From contig JAVZJD010000002.1 of NCBI GenBank assembly GCA_038870975.1, forward strand, positions 544,001-608,000: a stretch of 64,000 nucleotides of DNA. The letters are read 5' to 3'. The DNA is from Candidatus Bathyarchaeia archaeon. GTDB taxonomy: Archaea; Thermoproteota; CALKCG01; B24. Positions 38,040 through 47,611 of this stretch are shown one piece after another. Every line of letters begins with the position of its first letter. Position 1 is the first letter of the stretch. The position numbers were made by a program, and so were the translations under genes. The notes below the pieces were generated by a model. It searched no databases, had not been told where the DNA came from, and saw only the letters and a list, made by a program, of their open reading frames with translations.

Positions 38040-39137
38040 CTAAAGTATTTTAAAAGTACGTTGAATCGACCTGATAATTTTCCTTCTAAACGTGTAAACT
38101 AAAAACAATATAACCACTATAACTGTGACTAACGGCAACGCGTAACGCGAAAGCCAGTATTTAAACTCTCGCATTTCATAAAACGCCAGTCTTCTATCCT
38201 TCAATTCCATATCCATAAAATCTAAAATCCTAGCAACTACAAGTTCTAGTGGCAAATCATGTCCAGAATCATACCAGTAAACGGTTTTTGGTTCTCCAGC
38301 ATGCTTGTAGAGTTGTTCACCTGCTTCAGCTGGAACTATACGATCATACTTGCCTAAGTGGAAGACTACAGGTCTAGGTGAAAAGCTACCTATGAAATTT
38401 ATAGGGTCTATTGGGTTAAGCGTCTCTTGGAGTTCTTCATAAGATATGTTGTTGAGTTGAAGGTATTCCCTTATAGGCTGTATGGCCGGGTGTTGACTCT
38501 CCCTTATCATTAGACTCATATTTCCACCAGCTACTAAGAGCGCTGCTGCTTTAATTCTAGGCTCTACTCCTATGAATATAGCGCCTAGTATACCACCCAT
38601 ACTACCGCCAACGTAACCAATTCTGCTGGAATCTATTTCAGGACGGGTTTCAACATAATCAATAGTTCTCCTCAGGTCTATAACAGTCTGTAAAATGCCT
38701 CTAACAGAATCCTCTATATCTATAGAGTATAACGCTTTACCTTCCTCTTTACGTTCACCATGATATTCTGCATCTATGGCGATTAAAGCATATCCTTCTG
38801 ATGCCGCTAGGTTTGTTAACGGTAATATGTCTTCTTTTTTACCTCCATATCCATGAAGGAATACTATACATGGAACCTTCTCTTCGACCTTCGGCAGGAT
38901 TAATAGAGCTGGAACTCTTTCCCCATTTACAGAGTCAAAATATACTTTGTAGATTAGGTATTTGTCTCCTTCAGTTAGAAGAACCTCTACAGCGTTTAAA
39001 GGCATATCTTTATCGTAGGAGTATAAACTTGAATAGTTATCTGGACATAGAGCTCCTGGGATTGAATAGAGAAGTAAGAGGTAAAATATTACGATTGACG
39101 ATGCCTCTAAAATTCGACTATTCAAAGCCCTACACAT
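38040..39137 (-). CDS. Secreted, C-terminally anchored alpha/beta hydrolase
   Basis: N-terminal hydrophobic signal, HGYGG, GGSMGG nucleophile elbow, D.IVP, GH, C-terminal TM plus basic tail. Confidence 0.85.
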   Translation of the reverse strand: MCRALNSRILEASSIVIFYLLLLYSIPGALCPDNYSSLYSYDKDMPLNAVEVLLTEGDKYLIYKVYFDSVNGERVPALLILPKVEEKVPCIVFLHGYGGKKEDILPLTNLAASEGYALIAIDAEYHGERKEEGKALYSIDIEDSVRGILQTVIDLRRTIDYVETRPEIDSSRIGYVGGSMGGILGAIFIGVEPRIKAAALLVAGGNMSLMIRESQHPAIQPIREYLQLNNISYEELQETLNPIDPINFIGSFSPRPVVFHLGKYDRIVPAEAGEQLYKHAGEPKTVYWYDSGHDLPLELVVARILDFMDMELKDRRLAFYEMREFKYWLSRYALPLVTVIVVILFLVYTFRRKIIRSIQRTFKIL

Positions 39138-39202
39138 AGCAAGACAAATTTAACTGTTGCAAACAAGGAAAAAAGTATATCTCAGGGACCGATGTAGGTA
39201 GA

Positions 39203-39616
39203 TTAACTTCTGCCTTTAGATTTTTTAAGGAGTAAACCCGCTGCGATAAACGCCAAGCCTATGACATCGCTAATTCCCGTCGGTTCTGGGAAGAGAAGGA
39301 GAGCTAAACCTATTACTTCAAGGTCTCTAGGACCTCTAACGTTTAAAGCACCTTTCTTCGCAAGAACCTCTAAGTTTTTAGCTAGGATTACCACCCTCTG
39401 AGCACGTGTTAAATTTGGTTTCTCTAATGCATCTAGGACCGCTTCTTTAAGTTCGTCAATCCGAAGCTCTGGATATCTTCGGCAGATCTCTTCGAAGCTG
39501 GATATGTTTCTTTGGAGTTTATCTAAGGTCTTGAGTTTATTATCAATCTCTTGAAGCCTGTTAAGGCTTTTTGAGAGATTCTCAAAGCTTTTAACAATAT
39601 CATCAAACTCGCTCAT
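39203..39616 (-). CDS. Hypothetical protein (coiled coil plus C-terminal FPEP hydrophobic hairpin)
   Basis: Overlaps the stop of the aminotransferase gene; heptad-rich N-terminus; GLALLLFPEPTGISDVIGLAFIAAG. Confidence 0.6.
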   Translation of the reverse strand: MSEFDDIVKSFENLSKSLNRLQEIDNKLKTLDKLQRNISSFEEICRRYPELRIDELKEAVLDALEKPNLTRAQRVVILAKNLEVLAKKGALNVRGPRDLEVIGLALLLFPEPTGISDVIGLAFIAAGLLLKKSKGRS

Positions 39617-40935
39617 CAGGCTCCCTCAACTATTTTCTCGACTGCTTCGATCAGCCTTTTGATGTCTTCATCTGTGTGCGCGTAAGATATCGCACCAGCG
39701 TGACCGGGTAGGAAGAACACACCATGAGTCATAAGAGCAATGTAGAAGTTCCTTTGGATTTCCAAGTCTGTCTTTAAGCGGTCTCTAGGAGACTTTATAT
39801 CGCTTCCTTCCTTCAGAAAGTGTGTCAATAGCAGGCTTCCAATACCTGTTGTTTTAACGTTTAAACCGTTCAAGCCATTAAGGATTTTATCTATGCTCCT
39901 CCTGGCTTCCTCACCAAGCCTGTTAATTTTACCATAAACTTGGTCGGCGTTCTTCTCCAAGAACTCTATAGTAGCTAATCCTGCTATTGATGACATAGGA
40001 TTGCAGGAGAACGTTCCACCACCTATCCAACATTTTTCCCATTTACGCCCAGAGGTTAAATCAGCCAGTTTAAGTATCTCTGAAAGCCCAGCTACAGCTC
40101 CTATTGGAAATCCTCCCCCTATGATCTTGCCCAATGTTGTTAAATCCGGTTTAACTCTGTAGAACCCCTGGGCACTTGAAATGCCTAATCTGAAACCAGT
40201 TATCACTTCGTCAAATATCAGAACAGCATTATACTTATCGCATGTTTCTCTCAGAAATAAGAGGTAGTCTCTATCCAGAGGGATGCAACCACTTCCAATC
40301 AAGGGTTCGATGATTATACACGCTAAATCGTCTTTACATTCTTTGAGAAGAGAATCGGTTTTTCCAATATCGTTAACTGGTATTGTTCTCGTGAATTGTT
40401 GCTCTTCCACCAAAATACCCAATGAGTCGGGTTTATCATATGGCATGCTCACACCTTTATGAAGAGTTGTGTTTCCGCCATGCCATCCCCCCTCGGCTTT
40501 AGCAACTATTCTTTTGCCTGTATATGCTCTAGCAAGCCTCACCGCATACATAGTTGCTTCAGTTCCAGAACAGCCCAAGCGGACCATATCAGCTGAAGGT
40601 AGGTTTCTCTGGATGGCTTCAGCAAGCTCTAAAGCGTAAGGATTGACCGTTCCAAAGTGGAGGCCATTCTCAACCTGCTCTTTGATACGCTTTACAACAG
40701 GTTCAGGAGAATGCCCAAGTATTAGAGCCATATGTCCCATCCAATAGTCTGCGTAGATATTGCCATCAACATCCCATATTTTTGAGCCTCTCGCTTTAAT
40801 TGCGTAGAATGGATATGGTGGAAAGAATCTTATATTGTGAGAAACGCCTCCAGGCATGACCTTTAAAGCCCTCTGGTAAAGTTCCCTAGACTTTACTGTA
40901 ATGGCTTTGTACTTTTCGACATATTCCTCCCACAT
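39616..40935 (-). CDS. Class III aminotransferase (glutamate-1-semialdehyde aminomutase-like)
   Basis: PGGV, SGTEA, FDEV.TGFR, GK.IGGG.P.GA, GTFS.NP. Confidence 0.88.
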   Translation of the reverse strand: MWEEYVEKYKAITVKSRELYQRALKVMPGGVSHNIRFFPPYPFYAIKARGSKIWDVDGNIYADYWMGHMALILGHSPEPVVKRIKEQVENGLHFGTVNPYALELAEAIQRNLPSADMVRLGCSGTEATMYAVRLARAYTGKRIVAKAEGGWHGGNTTLHKGVSMPYDKPDSLGILVEEQQFTRTIPVNDIGKTDSLLKECKDDLACIIIEPLIGSGCIPLDRDYLLFLRETCDKYNAVLIFDEVITGFRLGISSAQGFYRVKPDLTTLGKIIGGGFPIGAVAGLSEILKLADLTSGRKWEKCWIGGGTFSCNPMSSIAGLATIEFLEKNADQVYGKINRLGEEARRSIDKILNGLNGLNVKTTGIGSLLLTHFLKEGSDIKSPRDRLKTDLEIQRNFYIALMTHGVFFLPGHAGAISYAHTDEDIKRLIEAVEKIVEGA

Positions 40936-40983
40936 AGTCTAACCTCCGTTGATCAGATAGATTTTATAAAAACCCTCCTACTC

Positions 40984-41568
40984 TTAAGACTTCCTGATAT
41001 TGAATCCTACAATACCCGTGGCAACATCATTGGAAAACTCAGAGACCTTAAGCTTTCTCAATAGAAAACTGTGGACTTTAGGTGACGGGTCGCCATAAAC
41101 TGGATCTTCAATAAAGTCGTCTAACTCGCTTATAAATGAGGGGAATCTCTTGAGATAGACTAATTTGACTTGAGACCTCTCAGACGGTTTTCTTGGCAGT
41201 AGGTCAGGGTATACGACGAAGCCTTTGAATACTTCTATAAATTTACCTCTATAACTTGGCTTGATATCTCCATAAAACATTTCACCGACCACTAGATTAC
41301 CGTATAAGAGTTTAACAGGAGGCTTATGCGGCATAGGGAATATGGAGCTCCTGAAGACTAAGGCCATTGAATACTCTCTATTTAAAGCTTCTCTCAAACC
41401 TTCATTGTAGCGTTTAAAGCCTAAGAAGTCTACGTTTTCTTCCTCGCTCTCCAGAGTAATTATGATTTCCTTATCTGTTTGAGTTAAAATCTCAGATGCC
41501 AAGAAACCGTTTAAGCTGTGGATTATACTTAAGACTTTGTTGACGATTTGATGAGCTCTTTCGCTCAT
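40984..41568 (-). CDS. Hypothetical protein
   Basis: 194-codon ORF co-oriented with the downstream genes; no recognisable motif. Confidence 0.6.
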   Translation of the reverse strand: MSERAHQIVNKVLSIIHSLNGFLASEILTQTDKEIIITLESEEENVDFLGFKRYNEGLREALNREYSMALVFRSSIFPMPHKPPVKLLYGNLVVGEMFYGDIKPSYRGKFIEVFKGFVVYPDLLPRKPSERSQVKLVYLKRFPSFISELDDFIEDPVYGDPSPKVHSFLLRKLKVSEFSNDVATGIVGFNIRKS

Positions 41569-41651
41569 TTGCTCGTATAGTAACTAGGAAGAATTGTATG
41601 ATTAAAAATCTTTAGATAGCCTCATCCCTAGAAGAGAGTCGTAAAATTACG

Positions 41652-41721
41652 ACGGTCAGTTTCGGGGGACCCATCAAAGCCACTGTTTAAAGGCTCAGAG
41701 ATCACCTCTATCATCATCCCA
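41652..41721 (-). ncRNA. Box C/D methylation guide sRNA
   Basis: Minus strand: GGG-ATGATGA(C)-TAGAGGTGATCT-CTGA(D')-GCCTTTAAACAGTGGCT-TTGATGG(C')-GTCCCCCGAAA-CTGA(D)-CC. Confidence 0.8.
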
Positions 41722-41825
41722 ATAAGAGTCTCAGAAGATTTTCCAAAATAAACGTTGCTAAAGATCTATTTGGAAAATATCCACAGTGAAAAGAAAGCTT
41801 TATATGAAAATGTTAACAGTTATCC

Positions 41826-44708
41826 ATGCTGGTGACTTTTATTGCTTCAACCTCGAAATCCATCGAGGAGAAATGGAGGAAAATATGGGAGAGAGAACGT
41901 GTATACGAAGCCGACTTAGACCTTTCTAAGCCCAAGTTCTTTTTGACAGTAGCCTATCCGTATCCTAATAGTCCTCAACACGTAGGTCATGGTCGGACGT
42001 ACACGATAACAGACATCTATGCACGATATAAGAGGATGAGGGGGTTTAAAGTACTATTCCCTATGGGTTTTCACTACACTGGCACACCCATCCTTGCTAT
42101 GGCTAAGAGACTTGCATCAGGAGATGAAGAACTCAGAGAACTCTTCATCAATATCTATAAAGTTCCAAAGGAAATGCTAAAGGAGCTTGAAGACCCGTTT
42201 AAAATGGCGAGGTTTTTCCACGAGGAAATTAAGACTGGTATGAAAGAAATGGGTTTTTCAATAGATTGGAGAAGAGAATTCACAACCGTAGACCCGGGCT
42301 ACAGTAGGTTTATACAGTGGCAGTTTAGAAAGCTTAAAGAGAAGGGGTATATTAAGATCGGTACACACCCCGTTGGTTGGTGTCCAAGCTGCGGAAACCC
42401 AGTTGGACAACACGATACAAAAGGCGATGTTGAACCTGAAGTCGTTGAATTCATAGCTATAAAATTTAAAATGGGAGACTTTTTCATACCTACAGCTACA
42501 CTTAGGCCTGAAACGGTTTTCGGAGTTACAAATATATGGGTGAATCCTGAGGCAGATTATGTTAAAGCTGTTGTCGACGGGGAGAAGTGGATAGTAGGCT
42601 TAAAAGCTTTGGAGAGACTTAAACATCAAAATCTCCGAATAGAGCCTTTAGAAATTTTCAAGGGGCGGGATATTATCGGAAGAAGTGTATTAAATCCCGT
42701 TAACGATAAATCTATACCAATTTTAGAGGCAAAATTCGTAGACCCAAGCCATGGAACTGGCGTAGTCATGTCTGTACCGAGCCATGCTCCGTACGACTAC
42801 ATGGCGCTTAAAGAGATTAGAGAGAGAATTGGTTGTTCGATTGAGCCTATAACTATTATCGGTTTCGAGGGGTCTGGAAGCATTCCAGCGGCTGACGTTT
42901 GTAGTAAAATGGGTATTAGAAGTCAAGTTGATCCGAAGCTTGATGAGGCGACTAGAGAGCTCTATAGACGTGAATTAATGTTTGGAGTTATGCTCGATAA
43001 TACTGGTAAATATTCAGGTATGAGGGTCTCAGAGGCTAGAGAGCTTATTAAGAAAGAGCTTATTGAGCAGGGCTACGCCAAGATAATTTATGAACTTTCA
43101 GACGTGGTCTACTGTAGATGCGGTGAACGATGTGCTGTTAAGATTTTGGAGAATCAATGGTTCATAGACTACGGAAACCGCCGTTGGAAGGAAGAGGTGT
43201 ATGAGTGTTTGAACTCTATGCGTATAATTCCGGAGGAGCTTAGAGTTGAGTTTAGGAACGTCGTAGAGTGGCTTAAAGAGAGAGCATGCGCTAGACAGAG
43301 AGGATTGGGGACAAAGCTTCCATGGGATGAGAACTGGGTGATAGAATCTCTATCCGATAGCACAATATACATGGCTTACTACATCGTGGCCAAGTACATA
43401 AACATGGGTTTGCTTGAGCCTACTAAGCTAAATGACGACTTCTTCGACTACGTGTTTCTAGGAATAGGTGACCCAAAAAACGTAGCTTCTTCATTGGGTG
43501 TGGAAACAAAGCTCGTTGAGGAAATAAGGAGAGAATTCGTCTATTACTATCCTCTAGATAGTAGACACTCTGGTAGAGACCTTGTTCCAAACCACTTGAC
43601 GTTTTTTGTATTCAACCATGTAGCCATATTTCCAAGGGAGCTTTGGCCGAGGCAAATAGTTACAAACGGTAGCGTTTTAATGGAAGGACGTAAAATGTCT
43701 AAAAGCTTAGGCAATATAGTACCTCTCAGAGAAGCGATTAAAGAATACGGTGCGGACGCATTAAGGATAGCTGTAGTTTCTACAGCTGGACTACTTCAAG
43801 ATGCGAATTTCAGCCCATCTCTAGCTAAATCTGTGGCAGATTTTCTCGAAGCGCTCCTTAGACAGTATAGAGCCGTAGCAAGTATGCCTATTGTAGAATC
43901 TAAAGCCGATAGAGTCGACAGATGGCTGATAAGTAGATTGCAGAGGACGATTAAAGATGTAACCGAAGCTTTTGAAGAACTTGACGTAAGAAGGGCTGTT
44001 CAAATTGTACTCTACCAGATGGATGGCGAGTTGAATTGGTTCCTTAGAAGGAAGGGGTGTTTAAACCTTGAAGATGCTTCTAAATATTCAAGTACTCTGC
44101 GAAAGTTTATGGAGGTTAGAGCCAAGTTGCTAGCTCCTCTAGCACCCTATACAGCTGAGGAAGCTTGGAGTTTGATTGGAGGATATGGGTTAATCTGTAA
44201 AGCCGAGTGGCCCCAACCGGATTTAAGCACGATCGATGAAGAGGCTGAAAAGAGTGAAGAGTTTATTAAAGAATTGATCGAAGATACTAATAGGATACTT
44301 AGAGTGCTTCCCGGGAGACCATCAAGGATAGTGTATTATGTCGCAGCTGATTGGAAGTGGAGTGTCTATGAAGATGTCTTAAACATGGAAGAGCCCGATG
44401 TTAAAACGATCCTAGTTAAGCTTGAAAACACAGGTGTTAAAGTAGATAAAGCGACGGTTGCTAAGTTTATTAGGAGTACGATAGATATGCTACCTAAGAT
44501 GAATAGAGAGTTTGCAAAAACTTGGGTTGGATTTAAACAACAACATGAATACCTTCTCTTAAAGGAGGTTAAAGAATTCTTGGAAAGAGAGTTTAAATGC
44601 GAGGTCTTGGTCTACTATGAAGACTCTTCTGAAATTTACGACCCTAAGAAAAGAGCGACATTAGCTAGACCGTGTAAACCAGCGATATACGTAGAAATAG
44701 AGGCTTAG
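41826..44708 (+). CDS. leuS: Leucine--tRNA ligase
   Basis: AYPYPN..HVGH, TLRPET, GTG.VMSVP.HAP.D, KMSKS. Confidence 0.97.
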   Translation: MLVTFIASTSKSIEEKWRKIWERERVYEADLDLSKPKFFLTVAYPYPNSPQHVGHGRTYTITDIYARYKRMRGFKVLFPMGFHYTGTPILAMAKRLASGDEELRELFINIYKVPKEMLKELEDPFKMARFFHEEIKTGMKEMGFSIDWRREFTTVDPGYSRFIQWQFRKLKEKGYIKIGTHPVGWCPSCGNPVGQHDTKGDVEPEVVEFIAIKFKMGDFFIPTATLRPETVFGVTNIWVNPEADYVKAVVDGEKWIVGLKALERLKHQNLRIEPLEIFKGRDIIGRSVLNPVNDKSIPILEAKFVDPSHGTGVVMSVPSHAPYDYMALKEIRERIGCSIEPITIIGFEGSGSIPAADVCSKMGIRSQVDPKLDEATRELYRRELMFGVMLDNTGKYSGMRVSEARELIKKELIEQGYAKIIYELSDVVYCRCGERCAVKILENQWFIDYGNRRWKEEVYECLNSMRIIPEELRVEFRNVVEWLKERACARQRGLGTKLPWDENWVIESLSDSTIYMAYYIVAKYINMGLLEPTKLNDDFFDYVFLGIGDPKNVASSLGVETKLVEEIRREFVYYYPLDSRHSGRDLVPNHLTFFVFNHVAIFPRELWPRQIVTNGSVLMEGRKMSKSLGNIVPLREAIKEYGADALRIAVVSTAGLLQDANFSPSLAKSVADFLEALLRQYRAVASMPIVESKADRVDRWLISRLQRTIKDVTEAFEELDVRRAVQIVLYQMDGELNWFLRRKGCLNLEDASKYSSTLRKFMEVRAKLLAPLAPYTAEEAWSLIGGYGLICKAEWPQPDLSTIDEEAEKSEEFIKELIEDTNRILRVLPGRPSRIVYYVAADWKWSVYEDVLNMEEPDVKTILVKLENTGVKVDKATVAKFIRSTIDMLPKMNREFAKTWVGFKQQHEYLLLKEVKEFLEREFKCEVLVYYEDSSEIYDPKKRATLARPCKPAIYVEIEA

Positions 44709-44709
44709 A

Positions 44710-45396
44710 CTAGCCTTTAGCCAAATTTTCATATGCCTGTTTGAGGAGGTTAATGATGTAGGGTACTCTATCTTGACTCGATATTCTTACTCGGCGATCC
44801 ATTGGGGTGTCGAAGCTTTTTGGTATAGGTTTACTTAAATTCTCAGGGTCATTTATCGGTCCACCTGAGCGGAATCTAATCTCGATTTCACGTTTAAGTG
44901 GTAAAACTCTTAAATTTACAAAGTAGTGCTTCATTTTTCTACTCCTATATCCTATAAACGTTTTATTGATTTTCTCCTCGATATCTGAATCTAATCTCAG
45001 TATTTCACTTCTTAGTTTTAAAACGATTTCCTTCAAATCTTCGCTTAAACGTCTGAGATGGTAATCTATGGTTAGAGATGGCCTAGGTTGCTCCGGTATT
45101 TCTTCAGACTTAGTTACAGCCTCAACTTCAGCTTCAATTTCTCCAGTAGGAAGTCCGATTTCAGTAGGTTTGATTTTAACTTCCCACCAGAATTCATCTA
45201 TTTGAGCTGGAGTTTCTCTAGCTAAATTAGATCTCACTTCTTCAATATGCTTCATAAACTTGAGGTATAGTTCCTCTTCTTTAGACGGATCATCCCATGT
45301 ACAAATTTCACATATTGGAGCCTTTTTTCTTACACAGCCTAAGAGGTATGGGCAGAATATTAGGTCTTTCTCGACTTCGCGTCTACTACAGGGCAT
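44710..45396 (-). CDS. Hypothetical protein: Cys-rich N-terminus, acidic linker, DUF5655/YjbR-like C-terminal domain
   Basis: C..CP....C......C..C; LR..I..L...I.EK.NK.FIGY and L.KQAYE. Confidence 0.6.
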   Translation of the reverse strand: MPCSRREVEKDLIFCPYLLGCVRKKAPICEICTWDDPSKEEELYLKFMKHIEEVRSNLARETPAQIDEFWWEVKIKPTEIGLPTGEIEAEVEAVTKSEEIPEQPRPSLTIDYHLRRLSEDLKEIVLKLRSEILRLDSDIEEKINKTFIGYRSRKMKHYFVNLRVLPLKREIEIRFRSGGPINDPENLSKPIPKSFDTPMDRRVRISSQDRVPYIINLLKQAYENLAKG

Positions 45397-45466
45397 GAGA
45401 TTTTAAAGATAGAGCTATCAGATATATAGTTTTTCCTTGAAGCCTAGCTCACACATGTAGCTAACG

Positions 45467-45676
45467 CTACTGCTTCTTTCTATACCTCAGGATTACCCCG
45501 TACAATCCATGGAAGCCTATAAGCAAACCTGCAAATGAAGCTGAAAAGGCTAAGAAGGATAGGGGAAAAGATGGCTCTAAAACGCCAATCACCATTAAGA
45601 GTGATATGAGGAAGCTTGTAACTAGGAGAAAAGCACCAACAGTAATTTCAACATACTCTTTCTCAAGCATGACCAT
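45467..45676 (-). CDS. Small two-TM membrane protein at the end of the peptide ABC operon
   Basis: Two hydrophobic helices; overlaps the oppF 3' end. Confidence 0.6.
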   Translation of the reverse strand: MVMLEKEYVEITVGAFLLVTSFLISLLMVIGVLEPSFPLSFLAFSASFAGLLIGFHGLYGVILRYRKKQ

Positions 45677-46673
45677 AGAGCCAACACTTCACATGGTGGT
45701 TAACATCGACTTCGATCATTGGGGGCTCTTTGATATCGCATACACCTTTTATCATGTTTTCACACCTAGGGTGGAAGCGGCAACCGGTTGGAGGATTTAA
45801 TAGATTCGGCGGCTCACCAGCTGGAACCTTCTTAATCACGAAACGATTAGATGGGTCTGGGTCTGGTATAACGTTTAACAATGCTTTAGTATACGGATGC
45901 ATTGGATTAGCTAGTATCTTCTTTGTTTCCGCGTTTTCAACAATATGACCAGCGTACATTATAAGTATTTTCTCTGAGAAGTATCGCGTAGTAGAGAGGT
46001 CGTGTGTAATATACATAATGCCTAGTTCGTAGTCTTTCTGAAGATTCTGTAGCAGTTTAAGAATTTCTATTCTAACTGATGCATCTAGCATTGAAACAGG
46101 TTCGTCAGCAACTATTAGTTTAGGCTCTAAAATTATAGACCTTGCAATCACAAGTCTCTGCTGTTGTCCACCGCTTAACATATGCGGATATTTGCCGATG
46201 AAGTCTTCGACTGGAGTTAGCTTAACCTGTTCAAGAGCCTTATATACTCTTTCATCACGTTCTCTTCGATCTTTAACTCCGTGTATTATTAGAGGCTCCT
46301 CTAGAATCTTTTTAACAGTCATGAACGATGGGAGCGCTCCAAATGGATCTTGTTGAACAAGACCTGTTTCTCTTCTATACCATTTTAACTCTTTCCAACT
46401 CAGATGCGTTATATCCTTGCCATTAAATACAATTCGACCATTAGTGGGTTCATATAGTCTAAGTATTGTCTTACCTAATGTGGTTTTGCCGCAACCACTC
46501 TCACCAACTATTGAAATAGCTTCACCCTTGCTAAGAGTTAAGCTTACTCCATCTACTGCCTTTATGTATCCTCTTCTTCCGAAGAGGCCTCGTCTTACTT
46601 CAAAGTATTTTCTCAACCCTTCAACTTCCAATATCGGTGTATGCACGGTTATCCCCCTACATAAAGCCAACAT
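45663..46673 (-). CDS. Oligo/dipeptide ABC transporter ATPase (OppF/DppF-like)
   Basis: GESGCGKT, LSGGQQQR, DEPVS, HPYT, GCRFHPRC. Confidence 0.93.
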   Translation of the reverse strand: MLALCRGITVHTPILEVEGLRKYFEVRRGLFGRRGYIKAVDGVSLTLSKGEAISIVGESGCGKTTLGKTILRLYEPTNGRIVFNGKDITHLSWKELKWYRRETGLVQQDPFGALPSFMTVKKILEEPLIIHGVKDRRERDERVYKALEQVKLTPVEDFIGKYPHMLSGGQQQRLVIARSIILEPKLIVADEPVSMLDASVRIEILKLLQNLQKDYELGIMYITHDLSTTRYFSEKILIMYAGHIVENAETKKILANPMHPYTKALLNVIPDPDPSNRFVIKKVPAGEPPNLLNPPTGCRFHPRCENMIKGVCDIKEPPMIEVDVNHHVKCWLYGHA

Positions 46674-47611
46674 TTTACGTAGAAGTTTTCATCTATGTAC
46701 ACTAACGGAGGGTCTTTAACGCATTTTTCGAATTTATATGGACATCTCTCTGCAAACCTGCACCCCTTAGGCAGGTTTAAAAGACTCGGAGGCGCTCCAG
46801 GTATGAAGTCCAACTTCTTGTCTGTCCTGAGCGTAGGAACACTCTCCATCAATTTCTGAGAATACGGATGTTTTGGATTATGATAGAAGGCGTTTGCATC
46901 GTTAAATTCAACGATTTGCCCGGCGTACATTACGGCGATTTTATCGGCTAATTCGCTTGATAGGCTAACATCGTGTGTTATGAATATCATGCTTAGCTTT
47001 AGATCTCTCTTGATGCTCTTTAGCAGATTCATAATGTTGGCTTGAGTCAGCACATCTAGTGAAGATGTCGGTTCGTCAAGAATCATAAGCTCAGGATTAG
47101 TCAGCAGGGACATCGCTATTATAATTCTCTGTTTCATACCGCCGCTTAATTCAAATGGATAGTGGTGAATGAAGTTTTCACTTATACCTACTATTCTCAG
47201 CGTTTTTGCAGCTTTCTCAAGTGCTTCATGTTTAGCTATCTTTTGATGTAGGATTAGTGGTTCAATCATTTGATCCCCGATTTTAATAACAGGGTTTAAT
47301 GAGTTTAATGCGGCTTGTGGGACATACGTGATTTTAACCCATCGAATTTCCTTCGTAAAAGATTCTTCATCTAACTCTACTAGGTTTAAATTGTTAAATA
47401 AAATAGACCCTTTATACGTGGAAGTATTTCTGGGAAGCAGTCTTATTATCGATTTTGCTAGAGAGCTTTTTCCACAGCCAGACTCTCCAATAATAGCGAC
47501 GGTTTCTCCTCTAAGTAGTGAGAATGACACGTCATCAACGGCTCTAACTTCTCCCTTCAACGTCCTATAATACATGATTAGATTTTTCACTATGAGAAGC
47601 CTTCTATCCAT
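46649..47611 (-). CDS. Oligo/dipeptide ABC transporter ATPase (OppD/DppD-like)
   Basis: GESGCGKS, LSGGMKQR, DEPT, GCRFAERC. Confidence 0.93.
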   Translation of the reverse strand: MDRRLLIVKNLIMYYRTLKGEVRAVDDVSFSLLRGETVAIIGESGCGKSSLAKSIIRLLPRNTSTYKGSILFNNLNLVELDEESFTKEIRWVKITYVPQAALNSLNPVIKIGDQMIEPLILHQKIAKHEALEKAAKTLRIVGISENFIHHYPFELSGGMKQRIIIAMSLLTNPELMILDEPTSSLDVLTQANIMNLLKSIKRDLKLSMIFITHDVSLSSELADKIAVMYAGQIVEFNDANAFYHNPKHPYSQKLMESVPTLRTDKKLDFIPGAPPSLLNLPKGCRFAERCPYKFEKCVKDPPLVYIDENFYVKCWLYVGG

